DNA of 5,018 bases, taken from IMG/VR virus record IMGVR_UViG_641736116_000018, one strand, 5' to 3'. Below, in pieces: positions 1 to 5,018 of the stretch. The position numbers and the translations under genes were made by a program. Source of the stretch: a virus (lineage: Duplodnaviria > Heunggongvirae > Uroviricota > Caudoviricetes). The first letter of the stretch is position 1. Each line of letters starts with the position of its first letter. Below the pieces are notes generated by a model. That model did no database searches. It saw only the letters and a list, made by a program, of their open reading frames with translations, and had not been told where the DNA came from.

Positions 1-119
1 CTTGAACAGCAGGAAGGTTTTATCGTTGACGGCGTGGCCTGGAAAGTCCGTATTGATGCAGGTGTGGCAGCTCTGGATTATCGCGGTATGGTCAAATCAG
101 GCGGGACAGATTCACTCTG
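1..119 (+). CDS. 3' end of an unidentified protein-coding gene (partial; start lies upstream of the window)
   Basis: Frame 1 is open from position 1 to a TGA at 117-119 (…GFIVDGVAWKVRIDAGVAALDYRGMVKSGGTDSL*) and is followed 6 nt later by an intrinsic terminator. No open frame on the minus strand. The track ORF 2..214 is in another frame and reads through the terminator hairpin. Product not recognised. Confidence 0.3.
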
Positions 120-124
120 ACAAC

Positions 125-148
125 AAGGCGGCACCAGCCGCCTTTTTT
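125..148 (+). terminator. Rho-independent terminator (stem AAGGCGGC / GCCGCCTT, loop ACCA, then T6)
   Basis: Seen directly: aaggcggc-acca-gccgcctttttt immediately downstream of the frame-1 stop codon. Confidence 0.6.
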
Positions 149-375
149 GCGGTCCTCCAGGTGGGGTGGGCTGAACACGGGGCGGGCGGCGCGGAAAAAA
201 ACGCATTTTTTTGATTTTATCGTCATCATCATCATGTTTGTAAGTGATTGTTTTTAATTGCTTTGATGTAAAAAAGATGATGAAGAAGGTTGTTTTTTGT
301 TCGACATCTTTTAGCGTGACAGATTCTTTACAAAAAATCTGAGCTTGTTTTCTTCACCAGCGCGATGGGGGCACA

Positions 376-657
376 ATGACAGAAGCCGAAATACTGGGAT
401 TAATCCGCCGCGTCGCCGGAATCAGCCAGCAGGTTGACGAACAGGCCACGCAGCCGGACAGCATGACCGCAGATAATTATGTGCGTGTAGTGGTGGAGGT
501 GATGCGCCGTGATGGTATCCAGCTTAATGATGTGGATATGCGCAATATACGAACCAGAGTCCTTGAGTTGCTGGCATACCGTCGCCGTTCTCAACAACGG
601 AGGGAGAGCGCGAAAAATACTTACCAGTGGAAGACGCCGGAACGGCTGCGGAGGTAA
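376..657 (+). CDS. Hypothetical small protein, 93 aa, basic Arg-rich C-terminus, function unknown
   Basis: ATG at 376 preceded by a G-rich stretch (GGGGG 367-371). Balanced charged/hydrophobic composition, unlike the overlapping antisense ORF 400..672. Several rare codons (ATA, AGA, AGG, CGA, GGA). No family recognised from sequence alone. Confidence 0.4.
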   Translation: MTEAEILGLIRRVAGISQQVDEQATQPDSMTADNYVRVVVEVMRRDGIQLNDVDMRNIRTRVLELLAYRRRSQQRRESAKNTYQWKTPERLRR

Positions 658-660
658 CTT

Positions 661-690
661 GTTGATATTCACGATAACGCAAAATTGCGT
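661..690. repeat. Composite repeat copy A: GTTGATATT (661-669) + dyad ACGCAAAATTGCGT (677-690)
   Basis: Exact 9-mer GTTGATATT and exact 10-mer core GCAAAATTGC, both recurring at 919-950 and (9-mer only) 963-971. Confidence 0.5.
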
Positions 691-702
691 TGGCTGGTGG
701 GG

Positions 703-722
703 GAGTTGCAGATCTGCAACTC
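703..722. repeat. Perfect 20-bp palindrome GAGTTGCAGATCTGCAACTC
   Basis: The sequence equals its own reverse complement over 20 bp; lies 46 bp downstream of the 93-aa ORF stop. Confidence 0.6.
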
Positions 723-894
723 GATCATGAAATTACGGAAACTACCCGTAGTTTGGGTAGTAAGAGCAACACCCAGATTTTGGGGCTTACTTGCGATACC
801 CAAATAAAGGGTATCGGTGGAAGAAATATCGTTTCTCATATGTGAGTACCGAGGGCGTAATTCCACCTTCGGTTACTCGCTGAACTTAAAGCAA

Positions 895-910
895 AGCGCA
901 AAATTGCGCT
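895..910. repeat. Dyad AGCGCAAAATTGCGCT (second copy of the GCAAAATTGC core, no adjacent GTTGATATT)
   Basis: Exact 10-mer core GCAAAATTGC at 898-907 with complementary flanks. Confidence 0.5.
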
Positions 911-918
911 GATAACTG

Positions 919-950
919 GTTGATATTGTTACAGAGTGCAAAATTGCACT
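919..950. repeat. Composite repeat copy B: GTTGATATT (919-927) + dyad AGTGCAAAATTGCACT (935-950)
   Basis: Same 9-mer and same 10-mer core as copy A, with the same ~18-19 bp offset between them. Confidence 0.5.
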
Positions 951-962
951 ATGGCCTAACCC

Positions 963-992
963 GTTGATATTTCCGGCAACCTCAATTTGAGG
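963..992. repeat. Composite repeat copy C (diverged): GTTGATATT (963-971) + dyad CCTCAATTTGAGG (980-992)
   Basis: Third exact GTTGATATT followed at the same offset by a different but analogous CAATTTG-centred dyad. Confidence 0.4.
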
Positions 993-1267
993 AGATCGGA
1001 AACATCACCCTTCAAATTCTGAATGGTCATAATGACCACGCAGACCATCAAGGCAACCACAACGAACATCGTTACGGTTGGAGCTTTTACCACACTGGGG
1101 AAAAGGTACGCACCTGAATCATCATTACCGTGATCAAGGGTATGTAAAGCCCACCAGCCTGATTAACGTTTAACCGGAAAAAAATTCCGGTAGGTGGGGA
1201 TCCCCATATCGGGGAACATCCACCAGCTTCATAACGGATAGCCGGAAAATGATAACGGTTAAAGCGT

Positions 1268-1332
1268 GTTGATCTTTGTTCGTGGTTGTTCGATATTGTT
1301 CGTGAAACGGTGTAGTTAATGGTGTAGTTAAT
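1268..1332. repeat. Iteron-like direct repeats: GTTGATCTT / GTTCGATATT variants, TTGTTCGTG x2 (1276-1284, 1296-1304), GGTGTAGTTAAT x2 in perfect tandem (1309-1320, 1321-1332)
   Basis: Seen directly; the 12-bp tandem is exact, and the 9-bp repeat recurs at a 20-bp period. Confidence 0.5.
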
Positions 1333-1403
1333 TTCGCTGTTTTTGACAGGGTTGTTATTTGTAACGCAATGAAAAATAAAGACTAATCAATGAAATGTTA
1401 TAA

Positions 1404-1421
1404 ATGATAGTTATCTATCAT
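1404..1421. promoter_or_regulatory. Perfect inverted repeat ATGATAG-TTAT-CTATCAT about 85 bp upstream of the clpS start; candidate operator
   Basis: 7-bp arms exactly reverse-complementary with a 4-bp spacer, in an AT-rich stretch of the clpS 5' region. Confidence 0.3.
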
Positions 1422-1505
1422 GTGGAGTAGATTGGTCAGGCAAATAAGCTCTTGTCAGCGGCAGGGCGTTCTGCCGATAACCGTAACCGAAGATGATAAC
1501 TGACA

Positions 1506-1826
1506 ATGGGTAAAACGAACGACTGGCTGGACTTTGATCAACTGGCGGAAGAAAAAGTTCGCGACGCGCTAAAACCGCCATCTATGTATAAAGTGATATT
1601 AGTCAATGATGATTACACTCCGATGGAGTTTGTTATTGACGTGTTACAAAAATTCTTTTCTTATGATGTAGAACGTGCAACGCAATTGATGCTCGCTGTT
1701 CACTACCAGGGGAAGGCCATTTGCGGAGTCTTTACCGCCGAGGTTGCAGAAACCAAAGTGGCGATGGTGAACAAGTACGCGAGGGAGAATGAGCATCCAT
1801 TGCTGTGTACGCTAGAAAAAGCCTGA
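1506..1826 (+). CDS. clpS: ClpS, ATP-dependent Clp protease adaptor (N-degron recognition), 106 aa
   Basis: The full-length translation ([51 protein letters not shown]…) matches E. coli ClpS as I recall it. It ends 30 bp before clpA, the conserved clpS-clpA arrangement. Confidence 0.96.
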
Positions 1827-1856
1827 ATGCAGGCATAAAAATTGGGGGAGGTGCCT

Positions 1857-4133
1857 ATGCTCAATCAAGAACTGGAACTCAGTTTAAATATGGCTTTCGC
1901 CAGAGCGCGCGAGCACCGTCATGAGTTTATGACCGTCGAGCACTTGTTACTGGCGCTGCTCAGTAACCCATCTGCCCGGGAGGCGCTGGAAGCGTGTTCT
2001 GTGGATTTGGTTGCGCTCCGTCAGGAACTGGAAGCCTTTATTGAACAAACCACACCCGTTCTGCCTGCCAGTGAAGAGGAGCGCGACACACAGCCGACGC
2101 TGAGTTTTCAGCGTGTACTGCAACGTGCGGTCTTCCATGTCCAGTCCTCCGGTCGCAATGAGGTTACCGGTGCAAACGTTCTGGTCGCTATCTTTAGCGA
2201 ACAGGAGTCGCAGGCGGCATATCTGTTGCGTAAACATGAAGTCAGCCGTCTCGATGTGGTGAACTTTATCTCTCATGGCACGCGTAAAGACGAGCCGACA
2301 CAGTCTTCTGATCCTGGCAGCCAGCCAAACAGCGAAGAACAAGCTGGTGGGGAGGAACGTATGGAGAATTTCACGACGAACCTGAATCAGCTTGCGCGCG
2401 TGGGCGGAATCGACCCACTGATTGGTCGTGAGAAGGAGCTGGAGCGTGCTATTCAGGTTCTCTGCCGTCGCCGTAAAAACAACCCGCTGCTAGTGGGGGA
2501 ATCTGGTGTCGGTAAAACCGCGATTGCAGAAGGTCTTGCCTGGCGAATTGTTCAGGGCGATGTGCCGGAAGTGATGGCTGACTGTACGATTTACTCTCTC
2601 GATATCGGTTCTCTGTTAGCGGGCACAAAATATCGCGGCGACTTTGAAAAACGTTTTAAAGCGTTGCTCAAGCAGCTGGAGCAGGACACTAACAGCATCC
2701 TGTTTATTGATGAGATCCACACCATTATCGGTGCGGGTGCAGCGTCTGGTGGTCAGGTTGATGCGGCTAACCTAATCAAACCGTTGCTCTCCAGCGGTAA
2801 AATTCGCGTAATTGGTTCGACAACCTATCAGGAGTTCAGCAACATTTTCGAGAAAGACCGTGCTCTGGCGCGTCGCTTCCAGAAAATTGATATTACTGAA
2901 CCGTCGATCGAAGAAACTGTTCAAATCATCAATGGCCTGAAACCGAAGTATGAAGCACACCACGACGTGCGTTATACCGCAAAAGCGGTGCGTGCGGCGG
3001 TAGAGCTGGCGGTGAAATACATTAACGATCGTCATCTGCCGGATAAAGCCATTGATGTTATCGACGAAGCGGGCGCTCGCGCACGTCTGATGCCGGTAAG
3101 CAAACGCAAGAAAACCGTTAATGTGGCGGATATTGAGTCCGTGGTGGCCCGTATTGCACGCATTCCAGAGAAGAGTGTTTCTCAGAGTGACCGCGATACC
3201 CTGAAAAACCTCGGCGATCGCCTGAAAATGCTGGTCTTCGGTCAGGATAAAGCCATTGAGGCGCTGACTGAAGCCATTAAGATGGCGCGTGCAGGTTTAG
3301 GTCACGAACATAAACCGGTCGGTTCGTTCCTGTTTGCCGGCCCTACCGGGGTCGGGAAAACAGAGGTGACGGTACAGCTTTCGAAAGCTTTGGGCATTGA
3401 GCTTCTGCGCTTTGATATGTCCGAGTATATGGAACGCCATACCGTCAGCCGTCTTATTGGTGCGCCTCCGGGATACGTTGGTTTTGATCAGGGCGGTTTG
3501 CTGACTGATGCGGTCATCAAGCATCCACATGCGGTGCTGCTGCTGGACGAAATCGAGAAAGCGCACCCGGACGTGTTCAATATTCTGTTGCAGGTGATGG
3601 ACAACGGTACGCTGACCGATAACAACGGACGCAAAGCGGACTTCCGTAACGTGGTACTGGTGATGACCACTAACGCCGGGGTACGGGAAACTGAGCGCAA
3701 ATCCATTGGTCTTATCCACCAGGATAACAGCACCGATGCGATGGAAGAGATCAAGAAGATCTTTACACCGGAATTCCGTAACCGTCTCGACAACATTATC
3801 TGGTTCGATCATCTGTCAACTGACGTGATCCATCAGGTGGTGGATAAATTCATCGTCGAGTTGCAGGTTCAGCTGGATCAGAAAGGTGTTTCTCTGGAAG
3901 TGAGCCAGGAAGCGCGTAACTGGCTGGCCGAGAAAGGTTACGACCGGGCAATGGGCGCACGTCCGATGGCGCGTGTCATCCAGGACAACCTGAAAAAACC
4001 GCTCGCCAACGAACTGCTGTTTGGTTCGCTGGTGGACGGCGGTCAGGTCACCGTCGCGCTGGATAAAGAGAAAAATGAGCTGACTTACGGATTCCAGAGT
4101 GCACAAAAGCACAAGGCGGAAGCAGCGCATTAA
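1857..4133 (+). CDS. clpA: ClpA, ATP-dependent Clp protease ATP-binding (AAA+ unfoldase) subunit, 758 aa
   Basis: ATG at 1857 with GGGGAG Shine-Dalgarno at 1845-1850. N-terminus [24 protein letters not shown]… Two Walker A motifs (GESGVGKT encoded near 2504-2527, GPTGVGKT near 3340-3363). C-terminus …QKHKAEAAH. The track ORF starting at 1842 is an in-frame TTG extension and is not used. Confidence 0.97.
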   Translation: MLNQELELSLNMAFARAREHRHEFMTVEHLLLALLSNPSAREALEACSVDLVALRQELEAFIEQTTPVLPASEEERDTQPTLSFQRVLQRAVFHVQSSGRNEVTGANVLVAIFSEQESQAAYLLRKHEVSRLDVVNFISHGTRKDEPTQSSDPGSQPNSEEQAGGEERMENFTTNLNQLARVGGIDPLIGREKELERAIQVLCRRRKNNPLLVGESGVGKTAIAEGLAWRIVQGDVPEVMADCTIYSLDIGSLLAGTKYRGDFEKRFKALLKQLEQDTNSILFIDEIHTIIGAGAASGGQVDAANLIKPLLSSGKIRVIGSTTYQEFSNIFEKDRALARRFQKIDITEPSIEETVQIINGLKPKYEAHHDVRYTAKAVRAAVELAVKYINDRHLPDKAIDVIDEAGARARLMPVSKRKKTVNVADIESVVARIARIPEKSVSQSDRDTLKNLGDRLKMLVFGQDKAIEALTEAIKMARAGLGHEHKPVGSFLFAGPTGVGKTEVTVQLSKALGIELLRFDMSEYMERHTVSRLIGAPPGYVGFDQGGLLTDAVIKHPHAVLLLDEIEKAHPDVFNILLQVMDNGTLTDNNGRKADFRNVVLVMTTNAGVRETERKSIGLIHQDNSTDAMEEIKKIFTPEFRNRLDNIIWFDHLSTDVIHQVVDKFIVELQVQLDQKGVSLEVSQEARNWLAEKGYDRAMGARPMARVIQDNLKKPLANELLFGSLVDGGQVTVALDKEKNELTYGFQSAQKHKAEAAH
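2351..2363 (+). promoter_or_regulatory. clpA: Internal ribosome-binding site and in-frame ATG (codon 169) inside clpA; candidate start of the shorter ClpA65 form
   Basis: GGAGG at 2351-2355 lies 5 nt before the ATG at 2361-2363 (Met169). An internal initiation product of clpA is described for E. coli. Confidence 0.5.
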
Positions 4134-4158
4134 TCTGATTGTCAGGTAGGTTGGTGAA

Positions 4159-4195
4159 GTCCGTAATCTCGAAAGAGGTTACGGACTTTTTATTT
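4159..4195 (+). terminator. clpA Rho-independent terminator (about 12-bp stem GTCCGTAATCTC / GAGGTTACGGAC, GAAA loop, T-run)
   Basis: Seen directly, 26 nt downstream of the clpA stop codon. Confidence 0.75.
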
Positions 4196-4347
4196 ATGGG
4201 GTGGAACGGTGAAAACCCTATTTTTGGAGGTGAAGGTAATTTGTTGATAATTAGTGCTGCTGGAAAAGGTAAGGATAAAAAAGGGTGACAGCAGGAAAAT
4301 GAGATGGTTTTGCTTTATTAACAACGGGCTAAACGTGTAGTATTTGA
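4196..4347 (+). promoter_or_regulatory. AT-rich putative CRISPR leader
   Basis: AT-rich segment immediately upstream of the intact repeat. Its position on the side opposite the degenerate terminal repeat fits a leader. Confidence 0.4.
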
Positions 4348-4435
4348 GTTCACTGCCGTACAGGCAGCTTAGAAATTCACTGGTAACATACTCCACCCGC
4401 CCACCATGTTCACTGCCGTACAGGCAGATAAAATG
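4348..4435 (+). CRISPR. Orphan type I-F-style CRISPR mini-array: repeat (4348-4375), 32-nt spacer (4376-4407), degenerate terminal repeat (4408-4435)
   Basis: Repeat 1 GTTCACTGCCGTACAGGCAGCTTAGAAA is the canonical 28-nt I-F (Yersinia-subtype) repeat with the Cas6f hairpin GTTCACTGCCGTACAGGCAG and the CTTAGAAA handle. Repeat 2 keeps the first 20 nt and diverges over the last 8. The spacer is exactly 32 nt, the I-F length. No cas gene in the window. Confidence 0.8.
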
Positions 4436-4437
4436 CG

Positions 4438-4465
4438 AAAAAAAAGCCCGTACTTTCGTACGAGC
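4438..4465 (-). terminator. serW Rho-independent terminator (8-bp stem, GAAA tetraloop, U8 on the minus strand)
   Basis: Minus-strand RNA GCUCGUAC-GAAA-GUACGGGC-UUUUUUUU, 13 nt downstream of the tRNA 3' end. Confidence 0.7.
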
Positions 4466-4478
4466 TCTTCTTTAAATA

Positions 4479-4566
4479 TGGCGGTGAGGGGGGGATTCGA
4501 ACCCCCGATACGTTGCCGTATACACACTTTCCAGGCGTGCTCCTTCAGCCACTCGGACACCTCACC
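4479..4566 (-). tRNA. serW: tRNA-Ser, anticodon GGA, 88 nt with encoded CCA
   Basis: Reverse complement reads GGTGAGGTGTCCGAGTGGCTGAAGGAGCACGCCTGGAAAGTGTGTATACGGCAACGTATCGGGGGTTCGAATCCCCCCCTCACCGCCA: GGA anticodon loop, long variable arm, GGTTCGAATCC T-arm. Confidence 0.95.
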
Positions 4567-4609
4567 AAATTGTTTTGCTGCCAAACCTCATGGGTGGCAA
4601 CGGGGCGCT

Positions 4610-4638
4610 ACTATAGGGAGTTGGAGTAAAACGGTCAA
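4610..4638 (-). promoter_or_regulatory. Candidate sigma-70 promoter for serW: -35 TTGACC (4633-4638), 17-bp spacer, -10 TATAGT (4610-4615), GC-rich discriminator
   Basis: Hexamers read on the minus strand; the GCGCCCC stretch after the -10 resembles the discriminator of stringently controlled stable-RNA promoters. Confidence 0.45.
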
Positions 4639-4750
4639 GAAGAATTTTAATGATAATTATTGTTTGCTCATACTGTAAACAACTTGTGCAGTATATCTAC
4701 ATCGAGACAAGTTATGGACTTATACTTCCAAAGTACTTCATGCATATCAC

Positions 4751-4777
4751 AAAATAAAAAGGCCGGTTAAACCGACC
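4751..4777 (-). terminator. infA Rho-independent terminator (stem AGGTCGG / CCGGCCT with one wobble pair, then UUUUUAUUUU)
   Basis: Hairpin at 4760-4777 followed on the minus strand by a T-run (plus-strand AAAATAAAAA at 4751-4760), about 45 nt downstream of the infA stop. Confidence 0.55.
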
Positions 4778-4819
4778 TTTTACTCGTTCTTTCTCTTCGC
4801 CCATCAGGCGGTAAAACAA

Positions 4820-5018
<199 letters not shown>

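Noticed and set aside
2-214. Track ORF of 70 aa in frame 2
   Set aside because: It reads straight through the terminator hairpin and T-tract and has odd W/Q/A-rich composition. Frame 1 ending at 119 just before the terminator is the more plausible gene end.
400-672. Minus-strand 90-aa ORF antisense to the 376..657 ORF
   Set aside because: GTG start with no ribosome-binding site; His/Pro/Leu-rich low-complexity composition typical of a shadow ORF.
509-866. Track ORFs 509..730 (+) and 669..866 (-)
   Set aside because: They overlap the palindrome and repeat segment, lack ribosome-binding sites, and have Cys/Trp-rich or otherwise implausible composition.
968-1117. His-rich open frame (…GHNDHADHQGNHNEHRYGWSFYHTGEKVRT) that looked like a metal-related leader peptide
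   Set aside because: No ATG, GTG or TTG start in frame; the nearest Shine-Dalgarno-like GAGGAG (989-994) lies inside the frame with no start codon at a proper spacing.
1343-1371. Consensus -35 hexamer TTGACA at 1343-1348 as the clpS promoter
   Set aside because: No acceptable -10 hexamer at 16-18 bp spacing (GCAATG or CGCAAT), so I do not call a promoter here.
660-1500. Retron, insertion sequence, integron attC array or type III toxin-antitoxin (ToxI-like) RNA
   Set aside because: No reverse transcriptase, transposase or integrase ORF; no terminal inverted repeats bounding a unit; the repeats are interspersed rather than a tight tandem array upstream of a toxin gene; dyads are short (6-10 bp arms), unlike msd or attC structures.
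1842-1856. TTG start at 1842 extending ClpA by five residues (MGEVP)
   Set aside because: The ATG at 1857 has a well-spaced GGGGAG Shine-Dalgarno and gives the canonical [11 protein letters not shown]-terminus; the TTG overlaps the Shine-Dalgarno itself.
1947-4130. Minus-strand track ORFs inside clpA (1947..2342, 2772..3035, 3297..3812, 3488..3796, 3816..4130)
   Set aside because: They are antisense shadow frames of a well-supported, highly conserved gene, with no independent start or ribosome-binding signals.
4196-4347. Additional degenerate CRISPR repeats or cas gene remnants in the leader
   Set aside because: The 28 nt preceding a hypothetical 32-nt spacer shows no resemblance to the repeat, and no ORF with Cas-like features is present.
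4190-4678. Track ORFs 4190..4396 (-), 4369..4584 (-) and 4406..4678 (+)
   Set aside because: They overlap the CRISPR leader and repeats and the tRNA-Ser gene, which explain the sequence better.

Overview
The right two-thirds of this window is the enterobacterial (Escherichia coli-type) clpS-clpA / serW / infA locus: complete clpS (1506..1826, +), complete clpA (1857..4133, +), a tRNA-Ser(GGA) (4479..4566, -) and the 3' part of infA (4820..>5018, -), each with a recognisable intrinsic terminator. Between clpA and the tRNA lies an orphan type I-F-style CRISPR mini-array (2 repeats, one 32-nt spacer, AT-rich leader) with no cas genes in the window. The left ~1.5 kb is the unusual part: the tail of an unidentified + strand gene with its terminator (1..148), one plausible 93-aa ORF of unknown function (376..657), then ~850 bp with no convincing ORF but dense in perfect palindromes, a three-copy composite repeat (GTTGATATT + GCAAAATTGC dyad) and iteron-like tandem repeats. 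From memory of the E. coli K-12 map, cspD (minus strand) should sit directly upstream of clpS; it is not present here. I could not run any database search, so the left region is flagged as a candidate accessory or regulatory module of unknown function, not as a confirmed system.
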